Of a stretch of DNA of 24,121 nucleotides, positions 11,501-19,581 are shown piece after piece (the stretch's first letter is position 1; each line of letters opens with the position of its first letter). The position numbers and the translations under genes are program-made. Where the stretch lies: IMG/VR virus record IMGVR_UViG_3300017824_000060, positions 1-24,121 of that record; one strand, given 5' to 3'. The notes beneath the pieces are model-generated. The model worked only from the letters and a program-made list of their open reading frames with translations. It searched no databases and was not told the origin of the DNA. This stretch comes from a virus (taxonomy: Duplodnaviria; Caudoviricetes).

Positions 11501-14500
11501 ACTTGAATATTGTATTTCACTAAAACCTGGGTTCTTGTATAAAAATAGTTGATAACTTTCATCAGGCAACAACAAACTACTGTTTAGACTGTTTGGAGAT
11601 GATTTCTCTGAAAATATTTTCAAATAGCTTTTATCACTGAAAGCAGCCATTCTATAACATAGACGAATGTCAAGATTTTCTAATTTTGTTTTGACTAAAG
11701 CAGTACTGTCAACTCCTGTTAATCTATTGTAATCAACTACAAAATTTATAAAACTGTGCTTTGCAGTTCCATTACCATAGACCTCAACAGTCGAAGCGTC
11801 TATACGATATCTATTATTGTAAAGATATTGATTGAAATCTGTATTGTATTTGTATAAATCTACATCAGCAAACAAGCCAAAGTACTTTGCAGGCATGGTG
11901 AGAGCAAGCAGTCTCTGTATGGCAAAAGGATAGTAGCTACTTCTTCTCCAAGCAGTTTGTGTAGGACCATAATCTCCAGCAACCCAACTTTTTCTAAAGC
12001 TGTTTAGATCATAACTTCCAACAATAGAGACCATTGGATCAACTAGATTACCCTGTGAATCTGTCGGTATACATTCCAACAATTGCGGACGCACAAATTG
12101 CGATCTTATTACATCACCGGTTGGATAGGCAATTTTACCATCAGCCATATCTTGCCAAAGAACAGTATTCCCACTGGTATAAGGAGCAGGACCATAACGT
12201 GTGTTCCACCAATCTGGTTTTTCACTTAAACCGACCATTTCCCATGGACGAGTATCAGGACTATCTGTATCATAGAGATCAAAATATATGCCACGCCAAA
12301 AGCCAAGTAAAGGTTTTCCATCTAGTCTATTTGCACTCTGACTGTAGTTCCAAGTAAAACCGTTATCAGCATCGTAGGTCTGAACTTTATATGGAACTCT
12401 TTGTGAACCAACCCATGCAAGAAAACTAACATTTAGAATATCGTTTATCTCAGTGAGTGTGTAGTCTGTTGTTCTAAACTGTCCTGGAATAACATCAACA
12501 GCTTGAAGTGTAGGATTGTATTTTTCATCAGCAGTTAGTTTAATATTATTGTAACATCTTTTTTCAAATTCTAATAACACACTATTTCTGTAATCACCAT
12601 CTGGAAATGATACTGTGATACTACCATCGTGACCTTGTATTACATTTGTTGGTTCTACATAGGTGTTGTCAAGGAACGTTTGTGGCATATACACTTGATA
12701 TAAGCCTAACATGCTAGGAGTAGCCGGCACGTAACTCCCATATGTCGTTTTGTATTCTCTTAAAATGATTTTATCGCCAATTGCTAGTGTGATAGCAGCA
12801 CTGTTAATTGTAATTCTTGGACCATCAGTAGCAACTGTGTATTCATGCCCATCACCAATTAGTTGTGTTTCTACACCTGTTGAAACTGGAATATAATACA
12901 CCAGCAAACCTTGGTAATTTGCTGATATAAAGTTATAACTGTATAGTGTATCAAACACGTTTGTTGTGATTGGAGTCACAGTGTATGTTGTTTGTTCATA
13001 CGTCGTACCGCTTGGGATAGCATCAGTCCAGTAGAATGATGAAGATGAAGTTTTTCCTGCGTTTATTGCCAGTAGAGTTTGATCAAGAATCTCAGCCGCA
13101 GTTTTGTTCTCCCAATCGTTGTTTGCAACGTAATCAAGTATTTTGTTCTTGGTTTTATTATACTCAGAAGCATTGAATTCCAATGCTCTAAAGAAATCAG
13201 TGCTTCTTTCATTTATAAAAGGAGTTGTAAGTGTCAATGGTGCACTTTGTTGAAGTATTAAATCTCCATATGGAACAACATTACCAAGGTCACGTATGTT
13301 ATTTGCTCCGTGTATCTTGCCTGAGAAATGTTCAAGATTTTGACAGATACTTTCATAGTGTGTTCTAATTGTACCTAAAGTAAAAGTAGAACTATTTTCA
13401 TTGAGTGCATTTGATTCTAAATTGTCTGGAATGGTATAAAAAGCAACACTACTTGCACTATCGCTTATTACCTGTACTTCTATTACTGATCCTGTTGGCG
13501 GAACAGTTGCTGGTTGTCCAACTATGTTTGCATTAAATGTGATTTCGGTTATACCTGCACTGTTAGTTGCATAGGTATAGGTGCTAGGTAGTACAAATTG
13601 TCCTTCAACAAAAACTTTTACTGGCACAAGACTTGTATCACTTGACACTTCTATGTCGAGTACCAACGGGTTGCCATCAAACTCAAAACTAAAACTTTGA
13701 CGCTGAACATAATTTGTAAAACTGGTTTGCCATCCAAGTAGTTTAGTAAAACTATCAATTGTGTTGTACTGTCTTACTGTACCAAGAGAAATATTTGCGG
13801 TGGTGCCATTGTTACTTGAACCGTAGGTAAATGTATCTGAATAAAAATTATTATCAAACACAATATCACCAACGTTGTTGATGGTTAGATATTTTAAAGG
13901 TTGTTCAATAATAGGATCTGTGGTTCCTGTGCCAAGTGCATAGCTGAAAATTTTAGTTCCTGCAAAAGTAGTTGAAGGGTAAACTGAACTATCACTTAAA
14001 CTGTAGCCACTTGCATCATATACGTTAAACAATGGTGCTTGATTTGTATCTGTTTTTTGTTGAGCTTCTGTCCAAGTTGTGCCATTGAACCAGTATGCTT
14101 TTCCTTGCTCGGTAATTCCAGATCTTACAACAACTGTGGTATTAGTTGCAACGTCAGGTTCAGTTAAACTTGCGGGTTGTAAGTCAATTACATCACCTGC
14201 TCCTAGGTTAACAAATTGCACTGTGTAAATTTTATTTCTAACTTCGGGATCAATATCTGCATTGAATATAATTCTTGAACCTTCAATAAGCGTATAGCCA
14301 TCTACTGAATATCCGGAGGTTCCGTTTATATTACTAAAAGCATCAGTTTCTTCAAAATCAATAATATCAACTGGTTGTGTAGCAAGAGTTCCAAAATTAT
14401 ACAATCTTAGATTTTTAATAAATTCAATAATTGGACGTTTAGCTCTTGCATCATTGTCTAAGGTTAATACTGTATTATTGTAGGTTGCAGTTGCAGTTAG

Positions 14501-16120
14501 TACATCAATATGAAACCATCTATTGCCTCTACTCCATGAATTTAGATCAATACTTGCACGATTAATTGTTAGATAATCTTGTACAAGCGGAGCATCGGCA
14601 GTGGCATCAAACCCACCTTCATCAAATGATGTACTATCATAAGGTACAGTATCAGATTTTGTATAGGTCTCAGGAGTGATAAGGTCTGTGACTTTTACAA
14701 ATTCAATTGCAGTACCAACACCTTCTATGTAATACTCTATGTTAGCGTAACTAGCAGGAACTACATTTCCAATAAACTGGACTTTCAATCCATTGGTGAA
14801 AACCACACCATTTGGTGATGTGTAGTTGGCTTTTCCTAGTATGTCTGCAATATTCAAATCTGAAGAATTTATTTGATCAACTACTCTTATAACACCAAAA
14901 TTGGTTTCATCGCTTCCATCTTGATAGTACAAGATATCAAGATTAGCAGTTATCAGCGGCTGTCGTGCAAACACACCTTCAGCAGTTTTGTACATGGTGC
15001 TACCAGAGTACTCTGTGCCATATTCTATCTTTGTTTTACTTAGATTTGCTATGCTTTGAACTTTTGTAAGTTCCATAAACGGACGAAGAGGATCGTCGTA
15101 GTTGTAATTGATACGCCATTGAACGTAACGCTCAGGGTCGGTGGCAATAGCACCTGAATCACTAAATGCTGTTGTATCAAATCCTTCACTGCTAAATGGT
15201 TCTTCGTCTTCCCAGCCTTGGTCTGTGGTTGTGTTGAAAATAAGTGTGCGATTTTGTAGATCAGTGATCCCATCAATACCGCCATGTTCTTCTAAAAATA
15301 CATCAACGTATCTATTGTTAATTTGATTGAATTGTAGTGTATCTTCTACTAGGTCAGTTGAACCTATATCAGCAAGATTAAAGAAAAAATTCTGTGCAGT
15401 TTTTGCAGGAACATTAAAAGAAACTGTGCCAACATCGTCACCATTGTTGCTTACTCCAAGTACTTCACGAGAACTTTGGTTGGCTTGTTGTGGTAATACA
15501 CCACTGGTTCCAGGAACACTTTGTATCCAAAAATTACGTCCACTTGCATTTACATCAAATGTATAATTTCCTTCTCTTACAAGTGTGATAGTAGGCAGTG
15601 TGCCACTATAACCACTAAATTTATATCCGCCTTCACTGTGGGTTACGTCAAAATTGTCCGCGGTTGGAATTGTGTTTGCAAAAACATCTACACTATTTGG
15701 ACCTGCTGGTATCCAGTAGTACTGTCCAAAGTTAACAAATTTATCGTAATCAATCATTGGATCGTAGCTGTAATGCTCGCTATTGAACAACCTATCGTGT
15801 CTTGTAGTGTTTGCTCCTTGCATTTTTAAACTATCAATGACGCCAGGATAGGTAATTGCGTTGTCAACTGTACTTGTATCAGGTTTAAGTTGAACTACAC
15901 CTGGTTCCAGTTGATAATCTGTTCTAGTTTGAGATGGTTCAAGAATGTAGTTGTCACTAGCAGTAACACCTGGGCCAATCTTACGTCCTATGTAACCTTC
16001 TGTTGGTTTAAGTTTAGGATTTTGTGTAAGTTGATCAAGAGTACTTCTTAGAAGTTGCTTGTTTGCTGGTGTTTGAAAGATTTCAGGTAAGAAATCTTCT
16101 GAGCGAATACGCTTAGCCAT
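2579..16120 (-). CDS. Giant multidomain baseplate wedge/adhesin-like structural protein (gp7 position)
   Basis: Uninterrupted 4513-aa ORF starting 3 nt after the gp6-like stop, with SD GGAG inside the last gp6 codons. It contains seven FG-GAP-like repeats, two WxxxxxYxxGxxVxY CBM-like modules, GSGYT repeats, GDG-containing beta modules and an EVKPYH motif reminiscent of the KPxH motif of wedge proteins (P2 gpI/gp7 class). The ORF itself is certain; the gp7 equivalence rests mainly on synteny. Confidence 0.75.
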   Translation of the reverse strand: MAKRIRSEDFLPEIFQTPANKQLLRSTLDQLTQNPKLKPTEGYIGRKIGPGVTASDNYILEPSQTRTDYQLEPGVVQLKPDTSTVDNAITYPGVIDSLKMQGANTTRHDRLFNSEHYSYDPMIDYDKFVNFGQYYWIPAGPNSVDVFANTIPTADNFDVTHSEGGYKFSGYSGTLPTITLVREGNYTFDVNASGRNFWIQSVPGTSGVLPQQANQSSREVLGVSNNGDDVGTVSFNVPAKTAQNFFFNLADIGSTDLVEDTLQFNQINNRYVDVFLEEHGGIDGITDLQNRTLIFNTTTDQGWEDEEPFSSEGFDTTAFSDSGAIATDPERYVQWRINYNYDDPLRPFMELTKVQSIANLSKTKIEYGTEYSGSTMYKTAEGVFARQPLITANLDILYYQDGSDETNFGVIRVVDQINSSDLNIADILGKANYTSPNGVVFTNGLKVQFIGNVVPASYANIEYYIEGVGTAIEFVKVTDLITPETYTKSDTVPYDSTSFDEGGFDATADAPLVQDYLTINRASIDLNSWSRGNRWFHIDVLTATATYNNTVLTLDNDARAKRPIIEFIKNLRLYNFGTLATQPVDIIDFEETDAFSNINGTSGYSVDGYTLIEGSRIIFNADIDPEVRNKIYTVQFVNLGAGDVIDLQPASLTEPDVATNTTVVVRSGITEQGKAYWFNGTTWTEAQQKTDTNQAPLFNVYDASGYSLSDSSVYPSTTFAGTKIFSYALGTGTTDPIIEQPLKYLTINNVGDIVFDNNFYSDTFTYGSSNNGTTANISLGTVRQYNTIDSFTKLLGWQTSFTNYVQRQSFSFEFDGNPLVLDIEVSSDTSLVPVKVFVEGQFVLPSTYTYATNSAGITEITFNANIVGQPATVPPTGSVIEVQVISDSASSVAFYTIPDNLESNALNENSSTFTLGTIRTHYESICQNLEHFSGKIHGANNIRDLGNVVPYGDLILQQSAPLTLTTPFINERSTDFFRALEFNASEYNKTKNKILDYVANNDWENKTAAEILDQTLLAINAGKTSSSSFYWTDAIPSGTTYEQTTYTVTPITTNVFDTLYSYNFISANYQGLLVYYIPVSTGVETQLIGDGHEYTVATDGPRITINSAAITLAIGDKIILREYKTTYGSYVPATPSMLGLYQVYMPQTFLDNTYVEPTNVIQGHDGSITVSFPDGDYRNSVLLEFEKRCYNNIKLTADEKYNPTLQAVDVIPGQFRTTDYTLTEINDILNVSFLAWVGSQRVPYKVQTYDADNGFTWNYSQSANRLDGKPLLGFWRGIYFDLYDTDSPDTRPWEMVGLSEKPDWWNTRYGPAPYTSGNTVLWQDMADGKIAYPTGDVIRSQFVRPQLLECIPTDSQGNLVDPMVSIVGSYDLNSFRKSWVAGDYGPTQTAWRRSSYYPFAIQRLLALTMPAKYFGLFADVDLYKYNTDFNQYLYNNRYRIDASTVEVYGNGTAKHSFINFVVDYNRLTGVDSTALVKTKLENLDIRLCYRMAAFSDKSYLKIFSEKSSPNSLNSSLLLPDESYQLFLYKNPGFSEIQYSSVIVQRTNNGWQVAGYSTTKPYFNILKSTAAGTFSTFTVNGDTFRVPETFTDQVVQVPYGYEFTSTSAVVDFLASYGKLLNQQGMTFESTENEIIVDWTQMAQEFIYWVGQSWTVGSVINLNPAANVLKLTKENSVVESLASENINDVILNQNFRSLLSEDYAVERLGNELKLVGLNNNTFSFLQARFTSYEHIIVFDNTSIFNDLIYQPVTGARQNRLLLNGYTVYEWNGTLDAQGFILNQDNIKPWEPNVGYTKGQIVEYKNAYWSATTILPPSQTFVFADWIKSDYARIQTGLLPNLATKADEFQDNYNIHTANLESDSTLLGLGLIGFRPRQYMQNLNLDDISQAGLYSSFLGTKGTIRSAEIFKNAFLGKEEAEYQIYENWAIQRAIYGANANRSYFELQLEESKLLSNPSTVAVIAPNTTSTAEQTVLIDDIYKSSYKISTTDILPTINGIPDTVGLPSAGYVNYDDVDIKVFDFDDLTTVINNLDNIVVGTNIWVAKANSYDWNIYRVNLVNSTLTTVVDNLNGTCTFTFDVNHGLSVGQRLIIKFFNSAVDGAYIIQTVPGLKTLTVNLSLPEDVTTITNGDGRAFTLESVRVTQPSDIAGLSFSTSLVATNQVWVDNNGNDNWTVLQKQNPFSTTGEIQAETPVINDLFGTSLAQGLNNDGLIVGATGYASGTGGVYAFNKLEDGSTINGSTYAQQTILSPDASQPFTGFGFSTDVGDTEWALVGAPDSDSDKGYASAILRNSSDGTYSFYQHFNTGTNDADKFGYSVAVSDDERWMYISAPADNKIYAYNKVNVQTQSLTFTGDGTTFSFVIEPTIQVDASDGTAQTQIKVTRNTLEQTAGVDYTVSTSDGIQSVDFTVAPNLDDAIVITRRESQTYNPSVLTTNFSFTTLFTASDIYSMTVIQDSVLLRPFFDYTVVGTDIVLTSGISSGTLTINAKTHWDFVDSFSSTSIDSTIDQFGYSISTTTDGRQILIGTPDATVATNQFAGESFIIDRSIERFQVTNAATVAYTTSVAPTGPVTVKLNGTFLIPTGNANNAQFSVAGSVVTIGTTLNPVTLAVGDIIEVETNSFTTLQNFNSALNGENYYFGRAVDMCSTNCSAYISMPHDSAIAVEQGSVERWINQSRLFGTITGTVSNPVLSAADSIRINNYYVTLTGTTVESLVTDITNANIPNIAAATVNGALQITLVDVQAGEQFIKLEVAPGTGTAFSDLGLKPWVYAQTIVPPFTQEYAHFGTSINISDDALTLSVGAPDATAFLSTTFDSSTTDFDSGSTNYVDPMPESGVAYTYDYLSSASPSATNPGKFVYGQQIYDMSITSLDKFGSSVSYVDGILLVGAPNDDLGDSSGNFGRVTQFTNADNEPSWKARYTETPVVNSALLNSVFIYNKVSNSITRYLDFIDPLQGRILGAARANIDYTGGIDPALYNTGTVNNFGSMWREEHLGEIWWDLSTVRFIDYNQDDIQFRARRWGQLFDGSSVDIYQWTENTVPPANYSGPGTVYTTDSYTTITYLDSAGTFVTKYFYWVKGLTAISPNKTLSSSGIEQYISNPRASGISYSAAIAKNEITLFNSRNLISADDSILHVEFDKIANDDAVHSEYDIITDGDENSFLGTQLYRKLLDSFCGADTAGNAVPDTTLSIADRYGVSFRPRQSMFVDRFLALKNYMTRANSIMKLYTISESKSFKLLNSEEPEPTTASGQWDKRVLTYAELTYQDLSQVAIGYRYLVASDVNNEGLWSIYTVQSDRTLLLTRVQSYKTDLYWSYVDWFGLNADGSFYSSANPSSYEVAVYSNLLALNNVQNGEWATVTANSNGKTEVYQYSTTSGEWTRVYLEDGTIAIDATIWDYSIENPIAGEEPITETRQILQALNTEIFVSDLLVRRNELLILMFEFIMSEQAAPNWLFKTSLIDVNHKIRDLIEYPIFRRDNQDFVEDYIKEVKPYHVQIREFNLRYEGEDIYNGSVTDFDLPAYYDSALQQFVSPILDDSANPESKSAVPSTSSLWTTFPYSQWYQNYLLVVSGATVVDGGSGYTVAPQVIVTGDATTQATMTATVNTAGVVTKINVITPGSGYTTTPIITISGGNGTGATAIAVLGTQQVRDFTTTIAYNRITYSSTVIDWTANTSYTTGQLVRYPVPTVGVVNVAEPKVYSVTSDFTSTAEFDPDNYTVVDPDSLDAADRTIGLYNPGPNEPGRELAQVMTGIDYPGVQVDAPDFDQNTGFDIGNYDINPFDNISFGPEGEPTYDDSILDVIYESSFSDTYLGTRATDINVEGGGFVDTYSSHAPEELVPGSEFDTLDLKVFTRPGSDWSNNGHGFEIKSTSSTFESTGVTISFLNLIQHPVSLNVINITTRQVLPPSVTSINWVAKTVSVSASANASAGDIIRVEVYGLGGGSQLYKESFVGSSITNRTQTIPVAFSEIDEMVIFLDGSETNDYTFAASGSFATEITFTTQPTSTQWLTIVALGETTPIQRSWSTEVNDYFNYDGSTTQYPLTASLQGTNIANMVVDRDGFRLRPPEGIEYTGDGSSLGPYYLSTTAKTNQALISSADLLVYVDNVKQNVAVNWTLSPWDGSSDRYIEFNTLSLPASGSRIEIYTTTEADYTIVNTSDINLRVSAAFNALFDVTTYNDTSQQNIMTKVFVGPTTEGVTTGIAYDEDTYDESTFDETIGSTIETNNFALGRLVTETQRIIVTLNGQYLQPNIDFTITNDNQLSTLVLNLSILNASDVLAVTMFTNSVVPNSLNFRIFQDMLGNQKLLRFNKTNTTELAQAVAISDDIIFVNDVTKLGEPNLTQGIFGQLIVGGERITYRSRNTGNNSVSGLRRGTAGTGIYQHAVGATVSDVGVGQQLPTRYQEKTTTDKTNVGDGSTKVFETSIVVPVTLDSTELSDAVTVTVGGTVLVPETDYTVTEVNATSTEVTLVTAPGDGVEVYFSQETANVMYAQGVDTASNGIALQDQTTPAALFLKD

Positions 16121-16123
16121 ATC

Positions 16124-19100
16124 TTAAACTACTCCACTATTTGGTGCAGTTCTAAGTTGACTGCTGGTCAGTGCATCAATGACTTCAACATCATTTACTG
16201 TCGCGGCATTCACAAAAATTTCGTTTGCTTGAGATCTTATTTCGTATAAATCACCAAAAGATTTCAAAGGATTTGTAGGCACAAGCACAACCGTGCTTAT
16301 GATTGAACCAAGTTGATCATGAAGATAAGAACTCAGCTCTGAAAAGAAAAATGTGTCTCCAAAATCCCAATTTTCAATTGTAAAATATTGATTGATTGCA
16401 TTAACAACTTGACTTTTTATTTCACTTACGCTTACTGTGCTTGTAGCATTTTTCACACATTTAATAGTGGCTCTAAGTTCTTCTTGTGCTTTGATTCCAA
16501 ACAATGGTTTGAATGTTACACTGTTTAAGATAATATTATCTGAAATCATTTTATATTGATCAAGTGTATTGTACGAAGTAGTAAGTTCATCAATTGTTGG
16601 TTTTGCTGGCTCCTTAACCGAACCAGTGGTATCTCTTAGATAATTTTGATATGCATTGTAATATGACTGTGTTAAAAGGAAAATATCAATGATATTGGTT
16701 GTACCTGGGTCAATACGTCGACTCAGTGGTGCATTGTGTCTATACTGAAAATAAAGATCTTGTCTTCCAACATAAGTTTGATAGCCAGTGACTTCACTGA
16801 TGGTTCTAGTACCATCATAGGCGACAGTTAGTTTATAGAATTTTTCATCTGTGTACGCATAGAAAACCTGTCCATCTACGTATTCGCTTTTATCTAGTTC
16901 AATTGCATCTTTTGTTGCATAAGTGCCGTTGACTACTCCACTTGCAAGCGGAGTATATCTTTCAAGATTATCAAAATCTATAGTTTGCTGAAGGTATACT
17001 CTTTTGCTATTAGGGTTGGTATCTGGTGCCACCAATGTTTCAAAATAATCTGGATTGTCTGGAATGCCATCATTGTCTGAGTCTTTATAGCTGACTCTTA
17101 CTCTAAAGTCATCGATGAATCCGTCTGCTTCAACTGGTTGTCCAATTATATCCAATATTTCATCACTGTTTAGTGTTGAACTAGAGTCTGGTAAATTGTT
17201 TGTTTTTAGTACATTTATGAAATCATTTACAACCTTGCCTGTTTTTGGATCATAAACTTTTTGTGTTCCATCATAGAAAAAACGTGTTTCTAGTACACTA
17301 GCCCAAAAACGATCTAAGCTTCTCGAGCTTACTGTGTAGGTTACGCCATCAGTTTCAAATGCAACCAACCAAGAATTATCTAAATTAGTTCCTGAAGTAT
17401 TTTGAGCATATGCTAAACTAAAAGTAGTACTGCTATCTAGGTTTGTTGATGTGATGATATACCATGTTTGCGTAAGATTATCATAACCCAAACCAAAATC
17501 TCTATAAAGTTCAATGTTTTCTCTCATTGTGGTTTCAATAGAGGTAGGCAAATCAGTAATAAAATTTACAATTACCTCTGTGGGCACTGCATCTGTAGGA
17601 ATAAAAGAGTTTAGAGTTACAGGACCAGTACCGTCAGCATTATTGCCAACACCAAAGTTAGTACCATCAAGTTCTAATGCAGTTACAGTTGCCCAAAGTA
17701 CCATCTTATCTCCAGGAAGTGTCGGAGATCCAACTGCTAGTCTATTAGTAGCAGTAAAATATTGTCCAGCTGGTGGAACAAATTTTACCAATCCACCTGT
17801 TGCAATATATTTTTTATTGTCGCTTGCTTGAGGTCCTACAGGAGCCGGTGCTCCGCTTGAGACAAATTTGAAATATCCAGTTGTTTCATTATTACTAGTG
17901 GTGCTTTGATTCCATTCAAGGTTTAAAGTTGTAAGACTTGGTCGATTGAAATTTTCATAGTAAAATTCTTGCATACCTCTACTGGCTAACAGAGGTTCAA
18001 CTTGATTGACAATTACATTGGTAATGTCATTTGCATCAGCAAAAGTAAATGTAAAGCTAGGCACTTGTGTATTTTCATATATCATGCCATCAGATGCAAA
18101 AACATTTGTGCTTGAGTATTTTCCAGTGATATCTACTAAATCCAAGTACCTACTAGTACCAATTGAGCTTCTGTTGACAGCTTTGGACTTGATTATAGTT
18201 GAATAAAGAGTATATGGAAAATTGTTGTAGTCTTCTCCGTTAACCATTCTATCTTGAGTATAGTATCTTGCTGGAGCTCTTTGTTTGATATCGTTTATAT
18301 TTTCTCTACTTGCCGCATTGCTGACTGGTACTGTTAATGCACAAGTAAAGGTCAATGTTTCATTTCTTCCTGTTTTGCTTACGTAACCGATATTAAAAGT
18401 TACATTTTGCATTTCATCTGGATTGATAATGTAGTTTAAACCATTCGAACTTCTAACGTAAGTTCTAAATGTTCCAACTGGTATACTGCTGAACACACCA
18501 TCGCCGAAGTTCAAGTTAATTTGGTCGTTTGTTCTTGATGTAATTGAAAAATATCTACGTTGTTCAGGTGTAAGTTCTTCAACTGCACCAGTGTAGATGT
18601 TTTCAACTTTTTCCCATTCTGCAATTATTGAGTTTTGTGCGTTAAGTTGATACAACCATACGTCTTCGTTGTTGATACCTTCTATGTTTACGTTAACAAC
18701 TCTGTTGCTGATTCTTTCTCCAAGATTAAATTGTTGATCTTGTAGAGATCCTTGTTTAAAATAAAAAAAGTAACCAGTGTTTGCACTAGCATAGCCTTGT
18801 TTGTCATTTCTATACAATAGGTTCAACGGACCACTTGGTGCTGGTGCAGGCTCATATAGATATGTTTCATTTAATGAAGTTGCATTAACTGCTTCAAACG
18901 TCATGTTGGTCCCATTTACAACTTGGCTAAATGGCACAACTGGTAAAAATCCTGCTATTAGATTGAGTGTGTATTCATCTGTATCGACGCCTAAAAGTGT
19001 TTGACTGTTTCCTGGTTTTCCAAAACGCTGACTCCCACTAAGAGCTGCATTTACAACAACTGTAAATTGTTCCAACCAATTTGGGTTGGTACTATCGTTC

Positions 19101-19531
19101 CAGTTAATAGTGATGTTGGAAAGATTTACACCTGTGAAGTCAATTACACCTTCTGTGGTGCTGATACTTTGCACTTTTAAAAAACCTTGTGCAGCAGTGT
19201 TACGTTTAGGAGTATAACTAACTAGTTCTGCAAGTCGAGTTACACTGTCTCTTCTTTCAGCAGTATCAATAAAATTTTCTCGTGTGTTAAGATCATTTCT
19301 AAAACTTCCTGCTTGACCCATGAAAGCCATAACATCAAGAATAGCTATAAATTCGCTAGATTCTATATAATCGTTGAAACTTTCAGGATAGTATAGTCTA
19401 ATATAATCAATAAAAGTCTTACGAAGTGTTTCAAAATCATAGCTTTGAAAGTCTGCTTCACGGTATGTCTGGTAGATTCTTTTCCAATCTTCCACACCAA
19501 ATATACTTGTTTGTCTTGTAGTTTTAGCCAT
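16124..19531 (-). CDS. Baseplate wedge subunit, T4 gp6-like (baseplate J family), enlarged
   Basis: 1135 aa. N-terminal YDFETLRKTFIDY...FNDYIESS...LDVMAF...ENFIDTAERRDSVTRLAELVSYTPKR; central LNFGDGVF; ENINDIKQRAPARYYTQDRMVNGEDY, the gp6/gpJ signature. It follows the gp25-like gene, and SD AGGA lies 7 nt before the ATG. Confidence 0.88.
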   Translation of the reverse strand: MAKTTRQTSIFGVEDWKRIYQTYREADFQSYDFETLRKTFIDYIRLYYPESFNDYIESSEFIAILDVMAFMGQAGSFRNDLNTRENFIDTAERRDSVTRLAELVSYTPKRNTAAQGFLKVQSISTTEGVIDFTGVNLSNITINWNDSTNPNWLEQFTVVVNAALSGSQRFGKPGNSQTLLGVDTDEYTLNLIAGFLPVVPFSQVVNGTNMTFEAVNATSLNETYLYEPAPAPSGPLNLLYRNDKQGYASANTGYFFYFKQGSLQDQQFNLGERISNRVVNVNIEGINNEDVWLYQLNAQNSIIAEWEKVENIYTGAVEELTPEQRRYFSITSRTNDQINLNFGDGVFSSIPVGTFRTYVRSSNGLNYIINPDEMQNVTFNIGYVSKTGRNETLTFTCALTVPVSNAASRENINDIKQRAPARYYTQDRMVNGEDYNNFPYTLYSTIIKSKAVNRSSIGTSRYLDLVDITGKYSSTNVFASDGMIYENTQVPSFTFTFADANDITNVIVNQVEPLLASRGMQEFYYENFNRPSLTTLNLEWNQSTTSNNETTGYFKFVSSGAPAPVGPQASDNKKYIATGGLVKFVPPAGQYFTATNRLAVGSPTLPGDKMVLWATVTALELDGTNFGVGNNADGTGPVTLNSFIPTDAVPTEVIVNFITDLPTSIETTMRENIELYRDFGLGYDNLTQTWYIITSTNLDSSTTFSLAYAQNTSGTNLDNSWLVAFETDGVTYTVSSRSLDRFWASVLETRFFYDGTQKVYDPKTGKVVNDFINVLKTNNLPDSSSTLNSDEILDIIGQPVEADGFIDDFRVRVSYKDSDNDGIPDNPDYFETLVAPDTNPNSKRVYLQQTIDFDNLERYTPLASGVVNGTYATKDAIELDKSEYVDGQVFYAYTDEKFYKLTVAYDGTRTISEVTGYQTYVGRQDLYFQYRHNAPLSRRIDPGTTNIIDIFLLTQSYYNAYQNYLRDTTGSVKEPAKPTIDELTTSYNTLDQYKMISDNIILNSVTFKPLFGIKAQEELRATIKCVKNATSTVSVSEIKSQVVNAINQYFTIENWDFGDTFFFSELSSYLHDQLGSIISTVVLVPTNPLKSFGDLYEIRSQANEIFVNAATVNDVEVIDALTSSQLRTAPNSGVV

Positions 19532-19549
19532 GTGTGTTTCCTTACATGG

Positions 19550-19578
19550 TATTTATGAACATAATTAACTACGTAGTT
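19550..19578 (-). promoter_or_regulatory. Late-promoter-like TAAATAC (TAAATA at 19555-19550) with an upstream perfect 12-bp palindrome AACTACGTAGTT (19567-19578)
   Basis: The minus strand reads TAG-ATA-AACTACGTAGTT-AATTATGTTCA-TAAATAC-CATGTAAGGAAACACAC-ATG. Confidence 0.65.
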
Positions 19579-19581
19579 TAT

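Noticed and set aside
19542-19547. Minimal start-stop ORF ATG-TAA between the late box and the gp6 SD
   Set aside because: The TAA is part of the SD (TAAGGA). The ATG is only 2 nt after the box, so it would probably not be fully included in the local transcript. Likely chance.
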